NCBI GenBank assembly: GCA_963705255.1
Contig: OY970061.1
Span: 2,400,001 to 2,464,000, forward strand
DNA length: 64,000 bases
Reading direction: 5' to 3'
DNA from: an uncultured Methanoregulaceae archaeon
GTDB lineage: Archaea > Halobacteriota > Methanomicrobia > Methanomicrobiales > Methanospirillaceae
Both the position numbers and the translations under genes were made by a program. Below, piece after piece: positions 22,566 to 32,624 of this stretch. Positions within the stretch are counted from its first letter, which is position 1. Each line of letters begins with the position of its first letter. The notes under the pieces were generated by a model. That model was not told the origin of the DNA, made no database searches, and saw nothing but the letters and a program-made list of their open reading frames with translations.

Positions 22566-24164
22566 TTACGCCCGGTTGCCGGAAGCCGGCTCGATCCCTG
22601 TCGGCTGGTTGCGGATCGTCCGCTCCTTCATGATGGTGTAGACCTCGGCGGCGTGCTCTTTTGGCACTTCCACGAAGGAGTAGGAATCAAGGATGCGGAT
22701 CGCGCCGATCGCCTTTCCCGGTATCCCGGTCTCCCCTGCGATTGCACCGACGATGTCCTTGGGGGCGACCTTGTGCAGTCTGCCGACGGCAAGGAAGAAC
22801 CTGACCATCCCGTGCTCGGCGCCAGTGTCGCCGAAATCCACTCCTGCTGGTTTTTGCTCCGGCTCCCCGCTGCCCTGTTCCATCTGCAGTTTCAGGAGGG
22901 CTGCTGCAATCTCGACGGAGGACAGGTCCTCCTCACTCTCGTTCTCGACGATACGGACGTAACCTTCGATACCACCTGCTTTTATCGTCTCGCGCACCTT
23001 TTCGAGCACCGAACGGGTCCGGGTCTCGGCCACGTCGCTCTCGGTTGGGACCGGTATCCGGGGAATCTGGACTTTTGCATACTTCTGGATCTCATGGAGC
23101 TTGGTGTAGTCCCGTGGCGACACAAAGGTGACCGCCCTGCCGCTCTTGCCTGCCCTGCCCGTCCGCCCGATGCGGTGAACATCGTACTCAACGTCCTGCG
23201 GGACATCAAAATTGATGACAATATCCACGTCATCAACGTCAATTCCCCGCGCCGCCACATCGGTCGCGATCAGGATATCGATCGAACCCTTGCGGAACCC
23301 ACCCATAACCCGGTCGCGCTGGGACTGCTTCATGTCGCCGTGGAGCTCATCTGCACGGTATCCCCGCGCCCGGACTTTCCCGGACAGTTCCTCTGCCCGG
23401 CGCTTGGTGTTGCAGAAGACGATGGCCAGCTGCGGGTCGGCAAGGTCGATGAGCCTGCAGAGGACGTCGAGCTTGTCGCGGTCTTTCACTTCAATATAGG
23501 ACTGTTCGGTCTGCGGCACGGTCAGCTCGGCGTACTGGACCCGCACGAACTCCGGCTTGTTCTGGAAGCGTTTTGAGATATCGATGATCGGCTGGGGCAT
23601 GGTTGCGGAGAAGAGGAGGGTCTGACGGGCATGCGGGACGTTCTTTAAGATCAGTTCGATGTCGTCCCGGAAGCCCATGTCCAGCATCTGGTCGGCTTCG
23701 TCCAGCACGACGGTCGTGACATCCCGGAGGGAGAGTGTGCGGCGCCGGAGGTGATCCATGACGCGCCCTGGCGTGCCGATCACGATGTGCACGCCAGCCT
23801 GAAGTGCACGCAACTGGCGTTCGATAGGCTGGCCCCCGTATACCGGTAAAACAATAATCCGCGGGAGGTGAGCGAGGAGGCTGGAGAACTCTTCTGCGAT
23901 CTGGATAGCGAGCTCCCGGGTCGGGCAGAGGACGATGGCCTGCACGGCGCGGTTTGCGGGGTCGATCTTCTCGATGACGGGGATGCCGAATGCGGCGGTC
24001 TTGCCGGTGCCGGTCTGTGCTTGGGCGGTCACGTCGCGCCCGGCCTGGATGAGAGGAATGGCGAGCGCCTGGATGGGCGTGGGCTCTTCAAAGCCCATAT
24101 CTTCTATGGCTTTCCCGACTTCCTTTGAAAGGTTAAAGTCGGAAAACTGTATACGGGAATTCAT
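22566..24164 (-). CDS. deaD: DEAD-box RNA helicase (DeaD/CsdA type, DbpA-like C-terminus)
   Basis: Q motif, AQTGTGKT, PTRELA, TPGR, DEAD, SAT, ARGID, HRIGRTGR. Confidence 0.93.
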   Translation of the reverse strand: MNSRIQFSDFNLSKEVGKAIEDMGFEEPTPIQALAIPLIQAGRDVTAQAQTGTGKTAAFGIPVIEKIDPANRAVQAIVLCPTRELAIQIAEEFSSLLAHLPRIIVLPVYGGQPIERQLRALQAGVHIVIGTPGRVMDHLRRRTLSLRDVTTVVLDEADQMLDMGFRDDIELILKNVPHARQTLLFSATMPQPIIDISKRFQNKPEFVRVQYAELTVPQTEQSYIEVKDRDKLDVLCRLIDLADPQLAIVFCNTKRRAEELSGKVRARGYRADELHGDMKQSQRDRVMGGFRKGSIDILIATDVAARGIDVDDVDIVINFDVPQDVEYDVHRIGRTGRAGKSGRAVTFVSPRDYTKLHEIQKYAKVQIPRIPVPTESDVAETRTRSVLEKVRETIKAGGIEGYVRIVENESEEDLSSVEIAAALLKLQMEQGSGEPEQKPAGVDFGDTGAEHGMVRFFLAVGRLHKVAPKDIVGAIAGETGIPGKAIGAIRILDSYSFVEVPKEHAAEVYTIMKERTIRNQPTGIEPASGNRA

Positions 24165-24266
24165 ATCGCACCACCATTTAGCGCGAGGGGTCTTAAGATG
24201 GCGCACTGAGAGTGCGTTGTTTTCACCGGCTTTTTATTCCCGCAGGTGAACATGGGTGTGAGGACT

Positions 24267-24842
24267 ATGAAAGTCGTAGCATTCAATGGCAGCGCGCGGA
24301 AGGACGGCAACACGGCCATCCTGGTCAACGCACTCTTTAAGGAGCTGAAAAAGGACGGGATCGAGACCGAGCTCGTGCAGCTCGCGGGAAAGAAGATCCC
24401 CGGGTGCATCGCCTGCATGAAGTGTTTTGAGAAGAAGGACCGGCAGTGCGCGATCAAGGGCGACATCGTGAACGAGTGCATAGAAAAGATGGCGGAATCC
24501 GACGGGATCGTCCTTGCGTCCCCGACCTATTATGCCGATATCTCGGCGGGCATGAAGGCGCTGATCGAGCGGGCGGGTTTTGTGGCGCGTGCCAACGATG
24601 ACCTGTTCCGGCGCAAGATCGGGGCATCGGTGGTCGCCGTCCGGAGGGGCGGGGCCATCCACGCGTTCGACTCGATGAACCACTTCTTCTTCATCAACCA
24701 GATGATAGTCCCGGGCTCGTCCTACTGGAATGTCGGGATCGGGCTTGCCCCGGGGGACGTGAAGCACGATGAAGAGGGGATCGCCACGATGAAGACGCTC
24801 GGGCAGAATATGGCGTGGCTCCTGGAAAAATGCAATAAATAA
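24267..24842 (+). CDS. Iron-sulfur flavoprotein (Isf-like flavodoxin family)
   Basis: NGSARKDGNT, CIACMKC...C, ASPTYY motifs. Confidence 0.88.
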   Translation: MKVVAFNGSARKDGNTAILVNALFKELKKDGIETELVQLAGKKIPGCIACMKCFEKKDRQCAIKGDIVNECIEKMAESDGIVLASPTYYADISAGMKALIERAGFVARANDDLFRRKIGASVVAVRRGGAIHAFDSMNHFFFINQMIVPGSSYWNVGIGLAPGDVKHDEEGIATMKTLGQNMAWLLEKCNK

Positions 24843-24849
24843 TTTTTAT

Positions 24850-25593
24850 TCAGATTTCGATTGTCAGGTCGTCGGTCGAGACAATGAGGCCGGGGAATTC
24901 CTGCCCGAACTGCTCCTGCACGGCCCGCCTGTCGTCAAGCGTCCGGTAGACTTCAGCACCGAAGTGCACGAGGGCGAGGCAGCGGGCGTGTGCCTCCCGG
25001 GCGATCCGGATCGCGTCCTGCGGGTTGAGGTGGGGCCACAACGGGCTCTCCTCACCGGGTTTCAGCCCGCATTCGGTGATGAGCAGGTCGGCGTCCCGCC
25101 CGAGCCTGACGGCGTTGTCGCAGACGCCGGTATCCGTACAGTACGTGATCACCTTCCCGTCCAGCTCGACCCGGTACCCGTAACAGGGCGCCGGGTGGAC
25201 GAGCGGGCGGCACTCGACCGTGAACGGGAGGTGGTGGACCCCTTCTTCGAGTTCGGTGGCCTCTGCGGGAAACGGGAGCTGGGCAAGCGGCACCGTGAAC
25301 GGTTCGTTCACGAACGTTGCAAGGAGAGCCGAACTTCCCGGCAGGCTGAAGATCTTCAGTCCTTTTCTGAGCCGGAACTTGCAGAGCGTATGCAGCCCGG
25401 CGATATGATCGATGTGGAAATGGCTGAGGAAGAGATACACGGGCTTCTTCTGGGTGATGTACCGGTCTGCCTTGGCAATGCCGTTCCCCGCATCAAAGAT
25501 GATATCATATTCAGCCGATTGGACGAGGACGGAACAGGTATTGCCGGTAACAGTGTCGTACCAGCCGTTGGTCCCAAGGAATGTCACCTTCAT
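24850..25593 (-). CDS. RNase Z/BN-like MBL-fold hydrolase
   Basis: FLGT.G, DAGNG, SHFHIDHIAG, YCTDT, LVH motifs. Confidence 0.85.
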   Translation of the reverse strand: MKVTFLGTNGWYDTVTGNTCSVLVQSAEYDIIFDAGNGIAKADRYITQKKPVYLFLSHFHIDHIAGLHTLCKFRLRKGLKIFSLPGSSALLATFVNEPFTVPLAQLPFPAEATELEEGVHHLPFTVECRPLVHPAPCYGYRVELDGKVITYCTDTGVCDNAVRLGRDADLLITECGLKPGEESPLWPHLNPQDAIRIAREAHARCLALVHFGAEVYRTLDDRRAVQEQFGQEFPGLIVSTDDLTIEI

Positions 25594-25702
25594 GAGAGAG
25601 CATTGGGCCTTCATGAACAAAGAAGTTTCAGGTCATGTGCGTTGCCTTTTTATCTGTCCGCGTCGATGCTCGTTCTGTCTGATATCCTGTGGAGAAAGAA
25701 CC

Positions 25703-26569
25703 ATGAATCTTTTGTCATCCCTGTCCATTCTTGTTGCGATCATTGTACTATGCCTGTGTATTATGCCGGCGAGCGGGATCATTCAGGAAGTCACCATCAG
25801 AGGCTCGGTCACTTCCCCCGATCAGCCGAATAACACCCTGTCCATCGGGAACCCCCAGCAGTACGGGTGCAGTTATCCGGCGACCAGCGCTCCGGTCTGT
25901 TCCTATTCGCCTATGAACATCCCGGCCCTGACCGGGACGGTACCCAGTAACCTTGCGTACTCCATCTTCAAATCCGGAGACCCGGTCGTTGCGACGAGCC
26001 TCGGAGGCGCCGGGGGAACTTGGATCGGCCTTGCAAAGCTCTACGGGGCAAGCCCGGACGAGGAGTACGTGACCGATATCGTGGGAGACCCGGGCACGAT
26101 CCCGACACCGCTGATCGGCGGTTACGCGCTGGACGTGACAACGACTCCCGACTGTTCGGCCTGTTCCGGGACGACCTGCACCGCACTATCGTCGGACGTG
26201 AAAGTGATGAGCAGTGGAACGGTGGTCCATGAAGAGACCCTCCAGCCGCGGCAGTCCCTGATGTACAACGGAAGAAACGACGGCTCGAGCGTTGCGGTAA
26301 CATTCGTAAAAGGGGAGGCATCGTCCACGACCTGCGCGGGCAGGACCGGCATGACCGGGCCGCAGGCGGTCTCGGTGTATATTGTCAATATCGTCCCGCC
26401 GATCGGCTATGGACGGAACACAACCAGTCCGGGTGAAGCGCTGACACCTCTTCCACCGACCATTGTTACCACGGCGCCGGTCACCACGGCAAAGTCAGGC
26501 GGCCTTCCGATTGCCGTGATTGGTGCGCTTGGAGTGCTGGCCCTGGTAGTTGCGGAGCGGAAGAGGTAG
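25703..26569 (+). CDS. Secreted Cys-containing surface protein with C-terminal anchor
   Basis: Signal peptide; Thr-rich linker; KSG + TM + RKR. Confidence 0.75.
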   Translation: MNLLSSLSILVAIIVLCLCIMPASGIIQEVTIRGSVTSPDQPNNTLSIGNPQQYGCSYPATSAPVCSYSPMNIPALTGTVPSNLAYSIFKSGDPVVATSLGGAGGTWIGLAKLYGASPDEEYVTDIVGDPGTIPTPLIGGYALDVTTTPDCSACSGTTCTALSSDVKVMSSGTVVHEETLQPRQSLMYNGRNDGSSVAVTFVKGEASSTTCAGRTGMTGPQAVSVYIVNIVPPIGYGRNTTSPGEALTPLPPTIVTTAPVTTAKSGGLPIAVIGALGVLALVVAERKR

Positions 26570-26925
26570 ACCCGCGGGCTGGAACGGTTTCTTCATTTTC
26601 CGGAAAGGACTGCTAGGGATCGTATGCCTGTCAGTACCTGTTTTTTGCCCGCACCGGTACATGAGCGAAGGGATCTTTTTTGGAATCTGACGGAAAATCT
26701 GTTGGGCGTTTTTCAGAGAGAGGCCTGTGTCCGCGCGGCCATAGCCGGGATGACGGAACATGCCGTGGGGGTCACCATGAAAATGACCCCCGGAATCGCG
26801 GGGATGCCCATACCCTTCCCGGCACCCGTGCACCATCACCCGAAGGTCCTCTCCCTGATCGACTTGCCTGTCCTGGCAGAAAGGCTCATCATCAGACCCA
26901 ATCAGACAGGATCGCAGGAACATGC

Positions 26926-27078
26926 ATGACAGAAAACCTGAGAGAATCAGAGCGGGTCGATGTGACCGTACTTGTCGACAATTACATCGACCTGTTTGTC
27001 CCGCCCGCTATGGCGGGAGATCACCGCCCGCCGTTCTCCCCCGCCCGCCCCCTGCTCGCAGAACATGGCCTGTCCTGC
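26926..27078 (+). pseudogene. 5' fragment of an MBL-fold hydrolase
   Basis: VTVLVDNY.D and LLAEHGLS N-terminal motifs; homology ends at the junction with an oppositely oriented gene. Confidence 0.65.
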
Positions 27079-27400
27079 CCCGGTGGGAGCGGACCCGGTA
27101 GCCGATGGCGAGGATCATGTCGAGGTTGTAAAAGAGCGTGCGATAATTCCTGCTGTCAGCGGCAGTTGTTAAGTATTCCTTAATAACTGAACCCGCTTCC
27201 AGCTCGCCACCCCTGAGAATATTCCGGATATGCATGCTGATATTTGGTATGGAGGTCTGGTAGAGTTCCGCGATGCGGGCCTGGGTAAGCCAGACGGTTC
27301 CCTCATCGAGCCGGACTTCGATGCGGCTGCTCCCGTCTTCGGACTGGTAGAAGAGGATCTGCGACCGGGTTACCGGCTCCGGGAGGGGATTGCTGCTCAT
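27079..27400 (-). pseudogene. 5' fragment of a RhuM-family protein
   Basis: ILFYQSEDG, TVWLTQ..IAELY, YNLD.I.AIGYRVRS.RG then abrupt loss of homology. Confidence 0.8.
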
Positions 27401-27669
27401 TGTCCAACCATGCGCCACAGTGTACTTATTCTTAACCGGATGTTTGGCTTTTTATAGTGTGGCACCATGGGGTGAAAATAACCGGGGGTGGAAGGAGGGG
27501 CTGAAAACTGATGCGCGGGTATCCCATAATCCACCTATCTGTTCCTCTCAGTCCCGGTGCAGCCCCGGCAAAAGTCCCGGCATCATTTCACCGGCCCCAC
27601 TTCTCTATCGTGTCGATCTCCGCTATGAACTCCTTCAGCCGTTCGCGTTCCGGCCCGAACCATCGTTGT

Positions 27670-28113
27670 TTTTACTCCTGCCCCTTCGCCCACCGCACCA
27701 GCACCGCGAGGACCGCGACCAGCACCATGTCGAAGATTTACTTCGTAAATCTTCTCCTCTTCGAATTTCGCTTTGCTCAATTCTTCGGAGATCGAAGAAT
27801 TCTTGCGAATTCGGTCGAAGAACTTCGTTCAGGAGAAGATTCTTCTTCTCCTGTCTCAAGTCTGATGACTTTCGACATTCTGATGACCCTCAGCATTCTC
27901 CTCCTCCAGGTCCTGATGGACCTATCGGATGTCGGAGAAACCTGAAGGTTTCTTCTTTTCCTCCAGGTCTGATGACCTGTCGGACAAAAAAAACGACCGG
28001 CATGTGCGCCGAACCCCTGGACACGACCAGCACCATGTCGAGCACCATCCCGAGGGCCAGCCCCGCAGCGATGCCGACGATGAGGCGCCTGATCGTGCGG
28101 TCTTCGAAAATGG
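27670..28113 (-). repeat. Repeat A copy 1: small membrane gene interrupted by a hairpin-rich insert
   Basis: FEDRTIRRLIVGIAAGLALG... shared with three other copies; insert at ~27730-27986. Confidence 0.85.
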
Positions 28114-28215
28114 GAATACCCGAATAACCCGGATTTTAACAGCAATTTTCAGCAAAAAAATGATGACGGGGAAGAGATAATACCTACACAGAAAAGTTAT
28201 GGGAGAGCGGGTGCG

Positions 28216-28512
28216 ATGGCTGGACGGACATTGAAGAAGAAGATCCAAGATTCTATTGTCTCAATCCTGACCCGGTATGATGCCGAGCGGATCGCCATCT
28301 TTGGTTCCTATGCCCGGGGAGAAGCCGGCGAAAACAGCGATATTGACATCCTTGTAAGGTTTGCCCGGCCAAAAAGCCTGATCCAGATTGTACAGATCGA
28401 AGACGAGATCAGGAAGTTCATCCATATGAAAGTCGATCTCGTAACCGAGAAAGCCGTCAGCCCCCATCTTGCCGGCACCATTTTCCGCGATGAAATGGTG
28501 ATCTATGGATGA
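28216..28512 (+). CDS. Minimal nucleotidyltransferase (MNT antitoxin)
   Basis: FGSYARGE...SDIDILV and KVDLVT motifs. Confidence 0.9.
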   Translation: MAGRTLKKKIQDSIVSILTRYDAERIAIFGSYARGEAGENSDIDILVRFARPKSLIQIVQIEDEIRKFIHMKVDLVTEKAVSPHLAGTIFRDEMVIYG

Positions 28513-28604
28513 AACCGGAAGACCCGGCGTACCTCCATCACATGCCTGATGCTATTATCCATTTCGAAGATTTGATCCAAATCTTCTCGTCTTCAGGGTT
28601 CTGA
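28509..28604 (+). pseudogene. Truncated HEPN/DUF86 partner
   Basis: ATGA overlap with MNT; D..YL.HM.DAI N-terminus, stops after 31 codons. Confidence 0.6.
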
Positions 28605-28693
28605 TAAACCCCTCAGACATTGAGAAATTTTCCAAGGGAATCACATCTGCCTCTTCTCTTAAGGACCGCCCGCTTGAACGCGCCGGTATCACG

Positions 28694-29104
28694 CTAAATA
28701 CGTTCAGCGAGATCCCGGGTTGAATAGATCTTCAGGATATCCTGTTTAAGAAAATGCCGGTCTTCTGTCCAGATACCGTCGATACCAAGGGAAATGCCGA
28801 CAGCAAGGAACACAGAATCGTTTTCATCCACTGTTTCCATGACCTGCATTGCATGATTAAACTCGGCTGAGAACTCTTCAAAAGGAACAAGGACGACACG
28901 GTTAAGCAGGGTTTGCATAAGGATATCAAAGTCCTGTTCAGAGATTTTTGCCTTTTTCAGAAGGTAGGGCCGGTGTTTGTACAACTCGGTCTCAATATAA
29001 TCCGGGGCGTAAAATGAGAAGGACTTATGCAGGATAATTTTCCGCGAGACTGAATCCCGAAGGAGATCAGCCATGATCCGGTTGGTATCTATGACAAGTT
29101 TCAT
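28694..29104 (-). CDS. PIN-domain toxin
   Basis: LVIDTN, D.ND..FLA, IWTEDRHF motifs. Confidence 0.88.
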   Translation of the reverse strand: MKLVIDTNRIMADLLRDSVSRKIILHKSFSFYAPDYIETELYKHRPYLLKKAKISEQDFDILMQTLLNRVVLVPFEEFSAEFNHAMQVMETVDENDSVFLAVGISLGIDGIWTEDRHFLKQDILKIYSTRDLAERI

Positions 29105-29153
29105 CGGGTTCTGCCTTTGGCGTCAGGAAATAGTCTTAGGCTGCACTGCTTTT

Positions 29154-29414
29154 TTAAGAGAGATCTGCTTTCCTGGCGGGGCTTCGCGATGCTTTACCCT
29201 TGTAATGTTTCAGGATTCCCGCCTTCGCCTTCTTATCGAGAGCCATGATATCATCCTCAGTAAGCTCGCTCTCCCGGGTCATGGCATTCAGGAGCGCAAT
29301 TTTTTTGGCGTAATCCTCGATTGCCCTTCGGGCGATCTCACTCCACCGGACCTCATTGTGAGCTTTTACAATCTTGTAGACATCTTCCGGGAGCGACAGC
29401 GTCATGTTTGGCAT
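29154..29414 (-). CDS. Ribbon-helix-helix antitoxin
   Basis: NMTLSLPE...WSEIARRAI; directly upstream of the PIN gene. Confidence 0.82.
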   Translation of the reverse strand: MPNMTLSLPEDVYKIVKAHNEVRWSEIARRAIEDYAKKIALLNAMTRESELTEDDIMALDKKAKAGILKHYKGKASRSPARKADLS

Positions 29415-29540
29415 AACATCACCACACATATCTATGTGTATTCACATATTTAAGAGGATTGGGGCCAGATAGGTGGCTGCAATAATTTTTCTGATAAAAG
29501 AGTCACGATTTTCCCGCGTCCAAAAGCCCTTTGGATTAAC

Positions 29541-29737
29541 TTACTCCAGCCCGTTCGACCACCACACCAGCACGGCTAGGACCACTATGAGAACTAATAA
29601 AAAATAACCGGCATGTACGCCGAACCCCTGAACACAACCAGCACAATGTCCAGGATCATCCCGAGGGCCAGCCCCGCAGCGATACCGACGATGAGGCGTT
29701 TGATCGTGCGGTCTTCGAATATTGTTACATCCACCAT
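29541..29737 (-). repeat. Repeat A copy 2: ~65-aa two-TM protein (1-nt loss in a poly-T run)
   Basis: MVDVTIFEDRTIKRLIVG...VWWSNGLE; frame broken at A6 run near 29600. Confidence 0.8.
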
Positions 29738-29861
29738 GTTCTTTACTGAACGTGGATCGTGTTATGGTTTTGGGAGCGGGGTGGCATCGCCAATAGCCCT
29801 GAGGAGAATGCCCCCCGTTTTCAGGGCTTTGTCATGGCGGGGGCCCGGACCGAGGAAACCG

Positions 29862-30080
29862 TCACACAAGTTCACCGGGATCAATACCGGCATCCTTGCA
29901 GATCTGTTTTACGATCTTCGGGTGCAGGATCTTCCCGGCATGATCCGGTACGGTTACCCTGACACCAGCATCGTTTTTAAAAATTTTGTGACTCCCACTT
30001 TGCCGTACGCAACTGAACCCTTTCCTTTTCAGCAGGGTGATGATCCGTTCAGCCGGGATCCGGGGGAGTCTTTCACTCAT
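29862..30080 (-). CDS. hicA: HicA toxin
   Basis: GF..VRQSGSH, VTVP.H motifs. Confidence 0.9.
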   Translation of the reverse strand: MSERLPRIPAERIITLLKRKGFSCVRQSGSHKIFKNDAGVRVTVPDHAGKILHPKIVKQICKDAGIDPGELV

Positions 30081-30301
30081 ACCGTGACATCGACTGTGGT
30101 TAAATTGATCAGATGCGCCTGGGGGATCTTCTCTCCGGAATTGATGCGATCATCGAGATGGAGGCGGATGGCATCCCGGATATTGTCAAGGACTTCTTCA
30201 TAGGTCTCTCCCTGTGCATAGCATCCCTGGAGTTCCGGGCAGAATGCGGTGTAGCCATCTTCATCTTTTTCGATTACTACGGAAAAACGGAAATTGTTCA
30301 T
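30077..30301 (-). CDS. hicB: HicB antitoxin
   Basis: VVIEKDEDGY...CPEL.GC.AQGET.EE motif; ATGA overlap with hicA. Confidence 0.9.
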   Translation of the reverse strand: MNNFRFSVVIEKDEDGYTAFCPELQGCYAQGETYEEVLDNIRDAIRLHLDDRINSGEKIPQAHLINLTTVDVTV

Positions 30302-30467
30302 ACAGTAACCCCTTATGCGTCCTCTCGTGAATATATCGTATCGGCCAGTGCAATAACTTTTTGATTGCCTGCCATGAGTTGATGGCAGCCAGGGAGGGGA
30401 TTTGGGTCTGGGCCGGCCCGGTCCCCGGGGACGAGATTCATCCTTGGTACCGAAAGGGAATCCCACC

Positions 30468-30960
30468 TCACTCCAGCCCCTTCGCCCACCGCGCCAGCAC
30501 CGCGAGGACCACAACCAGCACCAGATCGAAGAATTCTTGCGAATTCGGTCGAAGAACTTCGTTCAATCGAAGGCGTTCCGCCTTCTCGTGTCTCAAGTCT
30601 GATGACTTTCGACATTCTCCTGCCTCGGGTCTTATGACCCTCAGCATTCTCCTCCTCCAGGTCCTGATGGACCTATCGGATGTCGGAGAAACCTGAAGGT
30701 TTCTTCTTTTCCTCCAGGTCTGATGACCTGTCGGACAAAAAAACGACCGGCATGTGCGCCGAGCCCCTGAACACGACCAGCACGATGTCGAGCACCATCC
30801 CGAGGGCCAGCCCCGCAACGATGCCGACGATGAGGCGCTTGATCGTGCGATCTTCGAATATGGTATAGTCTGTCATGGTTATTTCCTTACTTATCTTGCG
30901 TCGTCCTGGTTCCAGAAATTTCTTGCGGGGTCCGGCTTTTTTATTTCCATCACATCCAGA
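30468..30960 (-). repeat. Repeat A copy 3: small membrane gene (start 30876) with hairpin-rich insert
   Basis: MTDYTIFEDRT...; insert ~30524-30737 nearly identical to that of copy 1; upstream region shared with copy 4. Confidence 0.85.
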
Positions 30961-31302
30961 CACCGGACTGTGCCGGTGCACGGGTCACCATGTATCTCAG
31001 CCATCCCCATTCCCGCTCCCGAACACGTCCGGGAAATATTCCCGGATCCGGTGGCGTTCCCGCTCGTTTAGCCCGCGGAGCTTCCGGCCTGCCAGCCCTA
31101 TGATGAATGCCGCCGCATCGTACCGGTCCGCGAACGGGCTGATCATCGGCCGGCCCGAAGGCCCGGGCAGGTAGCAGAGATAGAAGGAGGATGCCCTCCC
31201 CGGTACCGGATGTGGGGCGAAGAACCCAGGGGGTTCTTCTTCTCCTCGAGGTCTGCTAACCTCTCGGACATAGAGAACTGTCTCCCGTACTGCCGTGATA
31301 CC

Positions 31303-31427
31303 GGTGACTGGTGAACTGTGCTGGATACGGAGGAGCGCCACGTCTGAACAGGGATTTGGTTCCCGAGGTTGTCCCTCCCTGTTCCGGCTGGCATCCGGCC
31401 GTTTCGTTTCCATCTTCACCAGGCACC
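31303..31427 (-). ncRNA. Candidate structured RNA, copy 1
   Basis: 5' GGTGCCTGGTGA pairs with 3' TCACCAGTCACC; internal GAACAGGGA/TCCCTGTTC stem. Confidence 0.55.
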
Positions 31428-31460
31428 AGTGCAGGTATTGGCGGGAGGTGGGGATAAATT

Positions 31461-31480
31461 TGTCGACTATAGTCTGCGAT
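31461..31480. promoter_or_regulatory. C-box-like operator palindrome GACTATAGTC
   Basis: Perfect palindrome between the candidate RNA and the divergent XRE-HTH gene. Confidence 0.5.
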
Positions 31481-31521
31481 AAACATTACCCTCTTTTCAA
31501 CTGAATCTCATTTGAGTGAAA

Positions 31522-31786
31522 ATGCACGAGGAAGAAATTTTTGGCAGGATATTGCAGGAAGAGCGGAAAGCCAAAAAAATTTCCCAGGAGAAACTTGCAA
31601 AACTCGCCGGCCTCGACCGGACCTTCATCAGACCTCATCGAAAACGGAAAACGGAGCCCGACTTTTTCTACGATTCTGAAAATTTGTTCTGCTCTCGAAA
31701 TCGATCCTTCTGAACTCTTCTCGATTTACGAGAAGAAGGATCCTGAATATTCCGTGAAGAAAGGCGGGAAGCGGGAGAAATTTTGA
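31522..31786 (+). CDS. XRE-family HTH regulator (frameshift near 31630)
   Basis: FG..L...RK...ISQE.LA..AGLDRTFI / LIENGKRSPT motifs in two frames. Confidence 0.82.
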
Positions 31787-31876
31787 TGCTCACTAGGACT
31801 CCGCAGTCCAAGATTCTCTTATGAGAATCTTCTCCACTGCTTTCTGGCAATCCTAGCCGCGTGGGCTTGCCCCCGA
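31781..31876 (-). repeat. Element C copy 1
   Basis: GGGGCAAGCCCACGCGGCTAGG - long hairpin - TGAGCATCA. Confidence 0.65.
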
Positions 31877-31881
31877 CGAAA

Positions 31882-32412
31882 TTATCTCGTTCTCATCCTG
31901 AATTTATCTATCTCCGGGAAAAAATTATGTTTTTCCAAGAATGCCTTGACACCCCCAATTCCCTTTTCAAGATAAATTATTCCTATCAGCATCTCGAAAC
32001 GGTCCGCCAGGATAATGGTCGCTGGCTGGTTCCACACGTGCTTATTCTTCTCATCAGACCCCCACAAAATAACATTTTGTAAACGGATGCGTTCTTCTGA
32101 GAACCACTGCAGGATCTCATTGTTCCCATAAAATTCCCGGAAATCGTTGATCTCTTTTGGAGTAGTGTTCTCTTTCCGGGAAAAATGTTCCATGATTGCA
32201 AAATCCAGGACATAATCTCCGAGTGTCGCCAGGCTCTTGTCCTCCGGGATTTTCCTGAGCTGGTCAAATCTTATCTTCTCATTCAGGAAAGCGTTGCTGA
32301 TGATTGCACTTACCAGTCGTTCTTTATTCTGGACGGGATATCCCAGAAGTAATTTTTCAACCGGAAAACATATTTCGTGCAGGTACGTCGCCCATTCAGT
32401 GTTCTTCTCCAT
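31882..32412 (-). CDS. Stand-alone ribonuclease III domain protein
   Basis: LATLGDYVLD and LADRFE.LIG.IYL motifs; no dsRBD. Confidence 0.8.
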   Translation of the reverse strand: MEKNTEWATYLHEICFPVEKLLLGYPVQNKERLVSAIISNAFLNEKIRFDQLRKIPEDKSLATLGDYVLDFAIMEHFSRKENTTPKEINDFREFYGNNEILQWFSEERIRLQNVILWGSDEKNKHVWNQPATIILADRFEMLIGIIYLEKGIGGVKAFLEKHNFFPEIDKFRMRTR

Positions 32413-32500
32413 AATATCTCCCGTTTTGGTATGAAGAGCAGAAGTATCGCTGAGGGCATAATCTTTATCGCTCCCTTTAGGCAAATCCCGGGGAATCATG

Positions 32501-32553
32501 GGTAGGTCTGACGCCCATCGCTCCCGCCCCTCGCCGGGTGGGCTAGCCCCGGA
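32501..32553 (-). repeat. Element C copy 2 (short)
   Basis: CCGGGGCTAGCCCACCCGGCGAGGGGCGGGAG...TGGGCGTCAGACC. Confidence 0.65.
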
Positions 32554-32624
32554 AGTTTCCAAGGATTTTATGTAATGATAGATACAATTCAAGAATAATT
32601 CTGAAATGAGCGTGAATAGATCCC

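Noticed and set aside
22551-23576. Long antisense ORFs (e.g. 22551..23576, 3106..4056, 16614..17447, 24964..25833)
   Set aside because: Shadows of well-supported genes on the opposite strand
27855-27985. Hammerhead ribozyme or C/D box RNA (CTGATGA motifs)
   Set aside because: No correctly placed GAAA and stems; the motif is explained by GTC-TGAT-GAC hairpins
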